Positions 1 to 8,546 of a stretch of 34,340 bases of DNA are shown piece by piece. Both the position numbers and the translations under genes were made by a program. Position 1 is the first letter of the stretch. Each line of letters starts with the position of its first letter. The stretch is from Rhodobiaceae bacterium (lineage in GTDB: Bacteria > Pseudomonadota > Alphaproteobacteria > Parvibaculales > Parvibaculaceae). A model generated the notes under the pieces. It was not told the DNA's origin. It did not search any database and saw nothing but the letters and a program-made list of their open reading frames with translations. The stretch covers positions 1 to 34,340 of the forward strand of contig DAIEIL010000054.1 in the NCBI GenBank assembly GCA_027352645.1, given 5' to 3'.

Positions 1-674
1 GCATTGTTGCAGAGGAGCGAGCCCTTCACTTCGACCGATATGCGTTTGCCCGCCTTGTCCTGAAACTCCAGCGCCTCCGGGCGAGCCACCTGCGTGTAGA
101 GGATAAAAGAGTGATCGGCGAGATCGCGCGGATGCTTCGGAACGCCGTGCGTCTTGAAATATTCCGGTGTGCCGACGATAAATCGGCGAACGGGCGCGAG
201 TTGCCGCGCGATGAGGCTTGAATCAAGCAGCGCCGAAATGCGCAATGAAACGTCGAAGCCCTCCTCCATCAGATCGATACGGCGGTCGTTCAATTCCAGA
301 TCGACGACGAGCTCGGGGTAGCGGGCGAGGAATTTCGGCAGCACCGGCCCAAGCTCACGGATGCCGAAGGTCATCGGCGCGTTGATCCGGAGACGCCCGC
401 GCACCGCGCCCTCGATGCAGACCGCATCTCTTTCCGCCTCCTCCGCCTCCGCAACGATGCGGCTCGCGCGCTCGAAAACGACCGCGCCCGCCTCGGTGAC
501 GCTGATCTTGCGTGTGGTTCGGTTCAGAAGCCGGACGCCAAGCTCATCCTCCAGCATCGAGATCTGACGGCTCACCATGGATTTGGAAAGTTTCAGCGCT
601 TCGGCGGCGGCGGTGAAGCTGCCGAGTTCAACCACCTTGGCATAGGCGGCGAAAGCATTGAGATCGAGGGACAT
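1..674 (-). CDS. LysR-family transcriptional regulator (CrgA/DmlR-like), 3' end outside window
   Basis: Not in the ORF track because no stop lies in the window. Manual translation from ATG at 674 gives MSLDLNAFAAYAKVVELGSFTAAAEALKLSKSMVSRQISMLEDELGVRLLNRTTRKISVTEAG, a canonical LysR HTH. Divergent from wrbA. Confidence 0.93.
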   Translation of the reverse strand, partial: MSLDLNAFAAYAKVVELGSFTAAAEALKLSKSMVSRQISMLEDELGVRLLNRTTRKISVTEAGAVVFERASRIVAEAEEAERDAVCIEGAVRGRLRINAPMTFGIRELGPVLPKFLARYPELVVDLELNDRRIDLMEEGFDVSLRISALLDSSLIARQLAPVRRFIVGTPEYFKTHGVPKHPRDLADHSFILYTQVARPEALEFQDKAGKRISVEVKGSLLCNN

Positions 675-694
675 TTGTTGCTTCCATAGAACAA
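675..694. promoter_or_regulatory. Candidate LysR operator (TTGTT-N10-AACAA dyad) next to the LysR start codon
   Basis: Inverted repeat ttgtt 675-679 / aacaa 690-694 in the AT-rich divergent intergenic region. This is the typical position for LTTR autoregulatory sites. Confidence 0.5.
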
Positions 695-794
695 TATGTT
701 CCTGAAAGACTGGATTGTTTCAATCTCCAGGGCAACCAAATATAGCGCCGAAGACATTGCACATGCCCCCTCAGGGGGCATCAAGGGGTAAAAA

Positions 795-1403
795 ATGGCC
801 GACAAGACGCGCGTTCTGGTTCTCTATCACAGCTCCTACGGACATATCGAGAAGATGGCGGAAGCCGTCGCCGCGGGCGCACGTTCGGAAGCGGACGTCG
901 AAGTCGAGCTGAAGCGCGTTCCGGAAACCATGACGGAAGATCTGATGAAGCAAGCGGGCATGAAGACGGAGCAGGCCGCACCGGTCGCCACGCCCGCCGA
1001 ACTCGCCGACTACGACGCCATCATCATCGGTACGCCGACCCGCTTCGGCAACATGACGGGCCAGATGCGCAGCTTCCTCGACCAGACAGGCGGGCTCTGG
1101 GCGCAAGGCAAGCTCATCGGCAAGGTCGGCAGCGTGTTCACCTCGACCGGCATCGGCGTCGGCAACGAGTCGACCATCCTGACGACGCATGTGACGCTGC
1201 TCCACCACGGCATGGTGATCGTCGGCGTTCCCTTCGGCGCGCCTGGCCTTGGCAACACCTCGGAAGTCCATGGCGGCTCCTTCTATGGCGCCGGCTCCAT
1301 CGCGGGTGCCGACGGTTCGCGCATCCCGAGCGCGGTGGAACTCGACATGGCGAAGCATCAGGGCGCGCATGTCGCGCGTATCGCGAAGAAATTGAAGAAC
1401 TGA
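795..1403 (+). CDS. wrbA: NAD(P)H:quinone oxidoreductase, WrbA-type flavoprotein
   Basis: [20 protein letters not shown] flavodoxin motif, [35 protein letters not shown]. 202 aa. Confidence 0.95.
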   Translation: MADKTRVLVLYHSSYGHIEKMAEAVAAGARSEADVEVELKRVPETMTEDLMKQAGMKTEQAAPVATPAELADYDAIIIGTPTRFGNMTGQMRSFLDQTGGLWAQGKLIGKVGSVFTSTGIGVGNESTILTTHVTLLHHGMVIVGVPFGAPGLGNTSEVHGGSFYGAGSIAGADGSRIPSAVELDMAKHQGAHVARIAKKLKN

Positions 1404-1441
1404 GCAACCACAGCGGGGCATGTACGCGTTCGCTCCGCGCA

Positions 1442-1488
1442 CCCGGCCGGCGCCCCTCCCCCCGCGGCGCTGGCCGGGCGTTATTTTC
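1442..1488 (+). terminator. GC-rich hairpin with a weak U-tail between wrbA and pirin (terminator or stability element)
   Basis: cccggccggcgcc 1442-1454 pairs with ggcgctggccggg 1466-1478 (one G-U), followed by cgttattttc. Confidence 0.5.
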
Positions 1489-1507
1489 TAGTGAGAGGAG
1501 ACAAATC

Positions 1508-2218
1508 GTGATCGACATCAGACCGTTCGAAAGTCTCGGCGGAGCCAACCATGGTTGGCTCGACGCGAAGCATCACTTCTCCTTCAGCAACTACTACGAT
1601 CCGTCCCGCATGGGCTGGGGTGTGCTGCGCGTCTGGAACGACGACCGCATCAAGCCGCGCACCGGGTTCCCGCCTCATCCCCATCGCGACATGGAGATCA
1701 TCACCTTCGTGCGCGAAGGCGCGATCACCCATCGCGACCATTTGAACAATCAGGGCCGCACGGCGGCGGGCGACGTGCAGGTCATGTCCGCCGGACGCGG
1801 CATCCAGCATGAGGAGTGGAACCTCGAAGGCGAGGACACCACGCTCTTCCAGATATGGATCGAAACCCGCAAGCAAGGCATTCGTCCGCGCTGGGAGCAG
1901 GCGGAGTTCCCCAAGGACGATCGCAAGGGCCAGCTCGTGCAGCTCGCGAGCGGCAAGCCCGATGCGCCTGCCGAAGCGCTCTATATCGAGCAGGATGCCG
2001 CCATCCTCGGCGCCAACCTCGAAAAGGGCCAGGAAGTGACATACGCCCTTCCGGGCGGACGTCTCGGCTATCTCGTTCCCTCGAAGGGCAGCATCACCGT
2101 CAACGGCGTGCTGGTGCCGGAGCGCGCGGGTGCGGCGATCCGCGATGTGGAAAATCTCGTCATCCATGCCGAGGAGGATGCCGAGATCATCCTCGCAGAC
2201 CTGCCGCCCGAAGCATAA
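1508..2218 (+). CDS. Pirin family protein (YhhW-like bicupin)
   Basis: GTG start after GAGAGGAG RBS. HGWLDAKHHFSF, GFPPHPHRDMEIIT, DVQVMSAGRGIQHEE and LFQIWI metal-site motifs. Confidence 0.93.
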   Translation: MIDIRPFESLGGANHGWLDAKHHFSFSNYYDPSRMGWGVLRVWNDDRIKPRTGFPPHPHRDMEIITFVREGAITHRDHLNNQGRTAAGDVQVMSAGRGIQHEEWNLEGEDTTLFQIWIETRKQGIRPRWEQAEFPKDDRKGQLVQLASGKPDAPAEALYIEQDAAILGANLEKGQEVTYALPGGRLGYLVPSKGSITVNGVLVPERAGAAIRDVENLVIHAEEDAEIILADLPPEA

Positions 2219-2229
2219 GGAGACGGCAC

Positions 2230-3210
2230 ATGGGATTGCTCGTGGACGGACAATGGCAGGACCAGTGGTACGACACGGGCAAGACCGGCGGCCGCTTCGT
2301 GCGGAGCGACGCGGGCTTTCGCAACTGGGTGACGGCGGATGGCTCCGTCGGCCCCAGCGGCGAAGGCGGCTTCAAGGCGGAAGGCGGGCGCTACCACCTC
2401 TATGTTTCGCTCGCCTGCCCCTGGGCGCACCGGGCGCTGATCTTCCGCAAGCTGAAGCGGCTCGAGGACCTGATCCCGATTACGATCGTCGATCCGTTGA
2501 TGCTGGCCGAGGGCTGGACGATAAAGGGCGGCTACCCCGGCACGATCACCGACAACGTGAACGGCAAGACGCGACTCTATGAAATCTATCAGCTCGCCAA
2601 GCCCGACTATACGGGCCGCGTCACCGTGCCCCTGCTCTGGGACAAGGAACGGGGCACCATCGTTTCAAACGAGTCGTCGGAAATCATCCGGATGTTCAAT
2701 TCGGCATTTGACGCACTCCCCGGCGTCGATGCCTCGCTCGATTTCTACCCGCAAGGCTCACGCAACGAGATCGACGCGATCAACGCCGCCGTCTACGATC
2801 TCGTGAACAATGGCGTCTACAAGGCCGGCTTCGCAACGAAGCAGGACGCCTATGAGGAAGCCGTGAAAGCGCTTTTTGCTGAACTCGACCGGATCGAGGA
2901 ACGTCTTTCACGCCAACGCTACCTCGCAGGCGCGCAGATCACCGAAGCCGATTGGCGGCTCTTCGCGACGCTGATCCGCTTCGACGCGGTCTATCACGGC
3001 CACTTCAAATGCAACCTGCGCCGCATCGCGGATTATCCGAACCTCGCGAATTATACGCGCGAGCTCTATCAGGTGCCCGGCGTCGCGGAGACCGTGAACC
3101 TCGACCATATAAAGCTGCATTATTACGGCAGCCACAAGACGATCAATCCCACCGGCATCGTGCCGCTCGGTCCCTTGCTCGACTTCGACGCGCCGCATAA
3201 TCGCGGCTGA
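2230..3210 (+). CDS. yqjG: Glutathionyl-hydroquinone reductase (GST omega/Xi class, YqjG-like)
   Basis: ATG at 2230 after AAGGAG; the ORF-track start at 1816 is an over-extension. MGLLVDGQW, RYHLYVSLACPWAHR, TVPLLWDK, NESSEI, NNGVYKAGFA, IRFDAVYHGHFKCN. 326 aa. Confidence 0.92.
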   Translation: MGLLVDGQWQDQWYDTGKTGGRFVRSDAGFRNWVTADGSVGPSGEGGFKAEGGRYHLYVSLACPWAHRALIFRKLKRLEDLIPITIVDPLMLAEGWTIKGGYPGTITDNVNGKTRLYEIYQLAKPDYTGRVTVPLLWDKERGTIVSNESSEIIRMFNSAFDALPGVDASLDFYPQGSRNEIDAINAAVYDLVNNGVYKAGFATKQDAYEEAVKALFAELDRIEERLSRQRYLAGAQITEADWRLFATLIRFDAVYHGHFKCNLRRIADYPNLANYTRELYQVPGVAETVNLDHIKLHYYGSHKTINPTGIVPLGPLLDFDAPHNRG

Positions 3211-3217
3211 CAGCCGT

Positions 3218-3571
3218 CTATTCTCCGACGTGAGAGAAAACGCGCTTCACGTCGATCATGGTGCGATATTCATTGTAGCGCATGTTGGTCGGCATTCGGG
3301 CGTTGAACGCCTTGAGCTGCTCGTCGCCGCTCAGCGAAACCGCCTGCTCCACCGATGCGATCATGCAGGCGCGTCCCAGGCGAGGCCCACGCGGCATCGA
3401 CATGCATTCCCGCGCGGCGGCATGTACCAGAGTGATCTGCGCTTCGTTGAGCTCTTTAAGCGTCGCGTCGTCCCTCGGAAAATCGCTCACCGAACCGGCG
3501 CGCGCCTGAACGCCCATCGCGAAAACGGCAAGACCGAACGCTACGCAGAAAGCCGGAATATTTTTCCTCAT
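3218..3571 (-). CDS. Small secreted hypothetical protein with a Cys pair (possibly UrcA-like)
   Basis: AGGGAGAGG RBS. Signal peptide MRKNIPAFCVAFGLAVFAMGVQARA. Mature part has AAAREC...AC..SVEQAV. Confidence 0.7.
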   Translation of the reverse strand: MRKNIPAFCVAFGLAVFAMGVQARAGSVSDFPRDDATLKELNEAQITLVHAAARECMSMPRGPRLGRACMIASVEQAVSLSGDEQLKAFNARMPTNMRYNEYRTMIDVKRVFSHVGE

Positions 3572-3668
3572 CCTCTCCCTCCTTGCCAGTTACCGGGTGC
3601 GCGGCCACAAAACATTGGCCACCGCGCTTCCTCTCCGTAAGATGAAACAAAGGCAAATCCTCGGGGGA

Positions 3669-5099
3669 ATGATGACCGGCTTTTCGGATTACGACAAATA
3701 CGATGGATTGGGGCTCTCGGAACTGGTTCGGAACGGTGCGGTCAAACCGGAGGAACTCCTCGACGAGGCCATCGCCCGGGTCGAAAAGTCCAATCCGAAG
3801 ATCAACGCCGTCACCTTCAAGCATTATGACGAGGCGAAGCGCCAGATCGCGCGCGGTCTGCCGGAGGGCAAGTTCAGGGGTGTGCCCTTCCTGCTGAAGG
3901 ATCTTCACCTCCTCTATGAGGGCACGGTCACCAGCTTCGGCTCCGCTGCCTACAAGGACAACAAGGCCGATCACAACAGCACGCTCACCGAGCGCTACCT
4001 CGCGGCAGGGCTCGTCATTTTCGGCAAGACCAATTCGCCCGAATTCGGCCTCTCGGTGACGACCGAGCCGCGTCACTACGGCCCGACGCGCAATCCCTGG
4101 AACACGGAGCATTCGGCCGGTGGTTCATCGGGTGGCGCGGCCGCAGCCGTCGCCGCGGGCTTCCTGCCGGTCGCCAATGCGAGCGATGGCGGTGGCTCGA
4201 TCCGCATTCCGGCGTCTGCCTGCGGACTTTTCGGACTGAAGCCGACGCGGGCACGCACGCCCATGGGCCCGGATCGCGGCGAAGGCTGGGCCGGCATGTC
4301 GTCCGCCCATGTCGTTTCGCGCAGCGTGCGGGACAGCGCCGCCATGCTCGACGTCACCCACGGCCCCGCGGCAGGCGACCCCTATGCCGCGCCCGCCTTC
4401 ACCGGCTCCTATCTCGATGAGGTATCGAAAGCACCGGGCAAGCTCCGCATCTCCTTCACGACGAAACGTCCGAACGGAACGCAGAGCCATGGCGATGTCG
4501 TGAAGGCGATCGAGGCGACGGCGAAGCTCCTCGCCGATCTCGGCCATCATGTCGAGGAAGACGCGCCTGCGATCGACGTGGAGGAAATGGCGAAGCATCA
4601 GGGAACGCTGATCGGAGCCAATACGCTCTTCGCGCTCAACATGCGCGCCGCAGAACTCGGACGCGAGATCGCGCATGACGAGATCGAATTCTTCACACGC
4701 CTCGTCTCCGACCTCGCCAGGACGCGGGGCGCCGCCGACTATGTGGCCGCGACGCTCTATATTCACCAGATGGGCCGCAAGCTCGCCGCCTATCATCAGC
4801 GTTACGACGTGCATCTGTCGCCGACGCTCTCCCTGCCGCCGATCAAGCTCGGCGCGCTCAACACCATGTCGCCGGATATCGGCGCCTATCTCGCGTTGAG
4901 TGCGGAATATGTGCCCAGTATCGGCCTCTACAACATGACCGGGCAGCCATCCATGTCCGTGCCGCTCCACTGGAATGCGGAAGGACTTCCCGTCGGTTCC
5001 ATGTTTACGGGCCGCTTCGGCGAGGAGGCGACGCTCTTCCGCCTCGCAGGCCAGCTCGAAACGGCGAGCCCCTGGGCACAGAAGCGGCCGACGCTCTGA
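3669..5099 (+). CDS. Amidase signature family enzyme (6-aminohexanoate-cyclic-dimer hydrolase-like)
   Basis: GVPFLLKDL (catalytic Lys), [44 protein letters not shown]. Likely start ATG 3669 or 3672 after GGGGGA. Confidence 0.93.
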   Translation: MMTGFSDYDKYDGLGLSELVRNGAVKPEELLDEAIARVEKSNPKINAVTFKHYDEAKRQIARGLPEGKFRGVPFLLKDLHLLYEGTVTSFGSAAYKDNKADHNSTLTERYLAAGLVIFGKTNSPEFGLSVTTEPRHYGPTRNPWNTEHSAGGSSGGAAAAVAAGFLPVANASDGGGSIRIPASACGLFGLKPTRARTPMGPDRGEGWAGMSSAHVVSRSVRDSAAMLDVTHGPAAGDPYAAPAFTGSYLDEVSKAPGKLRISFTTKRPNGTQSHGDVVKAIEATAKLLADLGHHVEEDAPAIDVEEMAKHQGTLIGANTLFALNMRAAELGREIAHDEIEFFTRLVSDLARTRGAADYVAATLYIHQMGRKLAAYHQRYDVHLSPTLSLPPIKLGALNTMSPDIGAYLALSAEYVPSIGLYNMTGQPSMSVPLHWNAEGLPVGSMFTGRFGEEATLFRLAGQLETASPWAQKRPTL

Positions 5100-5110
5100 A
5101 GGGTAGCGCC

Positions 5111-5587
5111 TCACCAGAGGTCGGGCGCGTTCTCCCCCGTCAGCACCTCGCGGATGCGGGCCCTTGTGCCGGGCGTCGTTCCTTCGGGCAACGCGTCCGG
5201 CGGAAAGAAATCATATTCGGCGATTTCAAAACTGGTCCGCACCACCCGGTCGTAGCTCCCATGCTCGACAAGGAAGAGCGCGACGTGATCGGATTTGAAT
5301 TCACGGAAATTCGCATAGAGGCCGACGAATCTGGGCCGCCCCTTGAGCAGAATGCCCGCCTCCTCGTCCAGCTCGCGCGTCAGCGCCGTCATCACGGTTT
5401 CCGAGCGCTCAACGCCACCGCCGGGCATGTACCAGCCATCGACATAGGAGTGGCGGACGAGGAGCACATGGCCGCGCTCGTCCCGCACCAGCCCTCGAAC
5501 GCCCACGGTCAATGGCCGGCTGAGCCGGTAATAAATCCGGGTCAGGGGCCGAATGATCCTCCAAAGGGGTGCAGGTAGATTCGCCAT
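5111..5587 (-). CDS. NUDIX hydrolase
   Basis: Nudix box PGGGVERSETVMTALTRELDEEAGI. 158 aa. Confidence 0.92.
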   Translation of the reverse strand: MANLPAPLWRIIRPLTRIYYRLSRPLTVGVRGLVRDERGHVLLVRHSYVDGWYMPGGGVERSETVMTALTRELDEEAGILLKGRPRFVGLYANFREFKSDHVALFLVEHGSYDRVVRTSFEIAEYDFFPPDALPEGTTPGTRARIREVLTGENAPDLW

Positions 5588-5626
5588 GCCTCAAGCCTAG
5601 CAGATCGACGGGCGGGCCGGTCGCCG

Positions 5627-5658
5627 TTTAGGTTGCGTCAATATATAGAGCTTAGGCT
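5627..5658 (+). promoter_or_regulatory. Possible degenerate CtrA-type promoter of the flagellin-like gene
   Basis: TTTA-N7-TCAA (5627-5641; 2 mismatches to TTAA-N7-TTAA), then N11, then TAGGCT (5653-5658). Confidence 0.3.
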
Positions 5659-5701
5659 TTCCCCGCGCGGGCGATGGGCCACGTCCGCCGAGGGCCAGAC
5701 G

Positions 5702-6496
5702 ATGGGCATTGTGTCGCTGCTGTTGGGCAGCAGTAAGAAAAAGAAGAAGCGCAAGAACCCCGACAGGCCGCGCACGCCACGGAGCGCGGTCGCGCGCGCC
5801 CTGCGCCATACCGCCGCCGGCGCCGGATCGCGCTCGGCCGCCGAACTCGGCCAGCGCATTGCCACCGGACTTTCCACCATAGAAACCGCAGTCCTCGCCA
5901 TCGACACCGTGGGCGATCGCCTGCGCGAAGCGCTCGACCTCGTTCGCGCGGCGCAGGCGACCGACGATCCCGGCCACCGCGCGCTTTTCGCGGGCCGGTA
6001 TGACGATGTACGCGCCGAAATCGACGCCGCCGTGGGCTCCGCTTCGCATAACCGCATCAACCTCATCAATGGCAGGCTGATCGGCGGGAAACACCCTGCG
6101 CTCGACATCGAACTCAACGAGGACGGGCGCGCGGGCGTTGCCGTTCACGTAGTCAATCTCACAACCGGCGCCGGCGGGCTCGAACTTTCGCCGCCACGTT
6201 CGGGCTTTGCAGAAGATGAAGAACTCTCCATGATCGCCGGCGAAATCGCGGCGGCGCAGACGCTCGTCTCCCGCGTCAGCGAGCACTTTCTCGACCATGC
6301 CGCGCTGATTGCGGACCGCCTTGCGCGGCTCCAGTCGGCCGCCGGCCCCCGAGCCATCGAGCCGGTTCTGCCGACCGGCGCCGACGCAGCCTTGCCGGAA
6401 GAAGGCCAACTCGGCCCCATCGAGCTCGGCATCACCGAGATCGAGCATCGCCTGCGTCTTCTCGCCGAACGCGACGAGGCAATTCCCGCCGATTGA
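5702..6496 (+). CDS. Flagellin-core-like protein lacking the conserved D0 termini
   Basis: ATG 5702 after GAGGG; 264 aa. IATGLSTIETAVLAIDTVGDRL...RALFAGRYDDVRAEIDAAVGSASHNRINLING...LDIELNEDG...AAAQTLVSRVSEHF...LIADRL resembles alphaproteobacterial flagellin D1 helices. The flagellin call is by eye. Confidence 0.65.
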   Translation: MGIVSLLLGSSKKKKKRKNPDRPRTPRSAVARALRHTAAGAGSRSAAELGQRIATGLSTIETAVLAIDTVGDRLREALDLVRAAQATDDPGHRALFAGRYDDVRAEIDAAVGSASHNRINLINGRLIGGKHPALDIELNEDGRAGVAVHVVNLTTGAGGLELSPPRSGFAEDEELSMIAGEIAAAQTLVSRVSEHFLDHAALIADRLARLQSAAGPRAIEPVLPTGADAALPEEGQLGPIELGITEIEHRLRLLAERDEAIPAD

Positions 6497-6549
6497 TCTT
6501 GCCCTCGCCCCTTTCGCCTTCCATGCTGTTGCGAGAAGGGGAGACGCCA

Positions 6550-7416
6550 ATGACATCGAACGACAATTCGGCACAGGACAATTCCGAACAGATCGAAGCG
6601 TGGAATGGCATAATGGGTGCCAAATGGGTCGCCGCGCAGGATCGGCTCGACCGCATGCTCGCTCCGTTCAGCGCGGCCCTGCTGAAGACGGCGAATGTCG
6701 CGCCGGGCGAGCGTGTGCTCGACATCGGTTGCGGATGCGGCGCCACGACGCTTGAATTCGCCCGCGCCGCAGGCTCCAGGGGCCGCGCCCTCGGCGTCGA
6801 TATTTCGGTGCCCATGGTCGAACGCGCGCGGGATCGGGCGAGGGCCGAAGGAAGCCATGCGACGTTTGAAATCGCCGACGCCTCGTCGCATGCCTTTACG
6901 CCCGCCAGCTTCGACGTCATGGCATCGCGCTTCGGCGTGATGTTCTTCGCCGATCCGGCATCGGCCTTCGCCAATATCCGCTCGTCGCTGACGGAAGAAG
7001 GACGTCTTGCCTTCATCTGCTGGCGCCCGGTGACCGAGAATGGTTGGGTCACGGTGCCGCTTCGCGCCGCGCTCGCACATGTCGCGCCGCCCCAGCCCGG
7101 CATACCCGGCGCGCCCGGCCCCTTCGCCTTTGCCGACAGCGCCCATGTCACCTCGATCCTGACACGTGCCGGGTTCCGCAATGTCGCCATGACGCCTTTC
7201 GACGCCATGATGACGCTCGGCTCCGGGCCCAATGCGCTCGAGGAAGCGGTGGCCCAGTCGATCGAGGTCGGGCCTGTCGGGCGGATGCTCAACGACCAAC
7301 CGCGTGAAATCATCGCCCGGGTCCGGGAGAGCATGAGGAGCGAACTCGCGAAGCACGCGACAGCGGACGGGCTGGCGCTGAGTGGCGCGGTCTGGATCGT
7401 CACAGCCCGGGCCTGA
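6550..7416 (+). CDS. Class I SAM-dependent methyltransferase
   Basis: ATG 6550 after GGGAGA. VLDIGCGCG motif I, GVDIS, SRFGVMFFADP, PGPFAFAD. 288 aa. Confidence 0.92.
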   Translation: MTSNDNSAQDNSEQIEAWNGIMGAKWVAAQDRLDRMLAPFSAALLKTANVAPGERVLDIGCGCGATTLEFARAAGSRGRALGVDISVPMVERARDRARAEGSHATFEIADASSHAFTPASFDVMASRFGVMFFADPASAFANIRSSLTEEGRLAFICWRPVTENGWVTVPLRAALAHVAPPQPGIPGAPGPFAFADSAHVTSILTRAGFRNVAMTPFDAMMTLGSGPNALEEAVAQSIEVGPVGRMLNDQPREIIARVRESMRSELAKHATADGLALSGAVWIVTARA

Positions 7417-7462
7417 TTGCAAAGGGCCTGGGTCTGCCAACCGGCGAATCCCCCTCAAATTG

Positions 7463-7494
7463 CTACCTTTTCTTTAGAACCTCTCCGCTAGGGT
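7463..7494 (+). promoter_or_regulatory. Possible degenerate CtrA-type promoter of the receiver-Hpt-receiver operon
   Basis: CTAC-N7-TTAG (7463-7477), then N11, then TAGGGT (7489-7494). Same architecture as 5627-5658. Confidence 0.28.
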
Positions 7495-7540
7495 GCATAT
7501 GGACGCGTGGGGCGTTCACTGAGTTTTGTGGGGGGCAAGC

Positions 7541-8035
7541 ATGGCTCGATCGCTATTCGAGATGCTGACGATACTGGTTGTCGACGACAGCCTGCATATG
7601 CGCAGGCTGATCGCGCGGCTGCTCGATGTGCTCGGCGTCGGTCAGGTCATCGTCGCCAGCGATGGCGAGGAAGCCTGGGCGAAGTTTCTCGAACACCGCC
7701 CCGACGTCGTCATCACCGACGCCGCCATGAAACCGACAGACGGGTTTGTGCTCGCCCAGCGGCTGCGCGCCATCGGCGAGGACGAACTGCGCGCCGTGCC
7801 CATCATCATGGTTTCCGCGCATAGCGAGCTTTCCGCCGTCGAACGCGCCCGCGATTCCGGCGTTACCGATTTCATCTGCAAGCCGGTTTCGCCGCGCCTC
7901 CTTTACGAACGCCTCGTCGGCGCCCTGAACCGCCCCCGCAAGCTCATCGAAACGCCCGGCTTCGTCGGGCCGGATCGCCGCGCCGATGCTCTTGCCATTG
8001 ATGGTCCCGAACGCCGTCAAGTGACCTTTATCTGA
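7541..8035 (+). CDS. Single-domain response regulator, CheY-like, with Cle-type arginine-rich c-di-GMP-binding tail
   Basis: ILVVDD, DVVITD (phosphoacceptor), PIIMVSA, FICKP. C-terminal FVGPDRR...IDGPERR tandem motif. 164 aa from ATG 7541. Confidence 0.88.
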   Translation: MARSLFEMLTILVVDDSLHMRRLIARLLDVLGVGQVIVASDGEEAWAKFLEHRPDVVITDAAMKPTDGFVLAQRLRAIGEDELRAVPIIMVSAHSELSAVERARDSGVTDFICKPVSPRLLYERLVGALNRPRKLIETPGFVGPDRRADALAIDGPERRQVTFI

Positions 8036-8045
8036 GGGGCATCGC

Positions 8046-8546
8046 ATGAACGACGCTCAGACACCCGACGTTCCGGCGCGCTTCCTCCGCCTCCCTTCGG
8101 TCGCGGAGCGGAAGCTTGGCCCCGACTTCACCGCGCCCGTCCGCCTCGATCCGCGTGTCCTCGACCAGATGCAGGACACGATCCGCGAACTCACGGTCAA
8201 ATATTCCGAGAACCTGAAGGTTCAGGTGGGATCGCTCTTTTCCTTCATTGAGCCCACGGCCGCAGGCGACGCCGAAGCACGCAATCAGCTCTATTCGACG
8301 GCGCACGAAATTCGCGGCCTCGCAGGCACGTTCGGTTATCCGACCGTTGGCCGCTTCGCGCATTCGCTTTGCGCCTATCTCGAAAACTACAAATCCGTCG
8401 TTTCCACCGTCATGCGCTTCCACGTCGAAGCCATGTATGACGCTTTGCAGGGCCGCGGCGCCGACGACATTCTCGCAAGCGACACGCTGGCGTCGCTCGA
8501 CCGGCTCATCGCCCTTTCGCATGACGGCGAAAGATCGGCAGGATGA
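8046..8546 (+). CDS. Stand-alone Hpt (histidine phosphotransfer) domain protein
   Basis: LYSTAHEIRGLAGTFGYPTVGRFAHSLC matches the Hpt H-x-(L/I)-(K/R)-G-x-(A/S) core. GAGGGG RBS. Confidence 0.85.
   Translation: MNDAQTPDVPARFLRLPSVAERKLGPDFTAPVRLDPRVLDQMQDTIRELTVKYSENLKVQVGSLFSFIEPTAAGDAEARNQLYSTAHEIRGLAGTFGYPTVGRFAHSLCAYLENYKSVVSTVMRFHVEAMYDALQGRGADDILASDTLASLDRLIALSHDGERSAG

Noticed and set aside
1816-2229. Apparent N-terminal extension or fusion on the glutathionyl-hydroquinone reductase (464-aa ORF)
   Set aside because: It overlaps pirin in another frame and is Arg/Gly-rich nonsense. The true start is ATG 2230 with an AAGGAG RBS.
5732-5756. Polybasic KKKKKRK read as a eukaryotic nuclear localisation signal (effector hypothesis)
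   Set aside because: There is no secretion system or effector context in the window. It is kept only as a feature of the flagellin-like protein.
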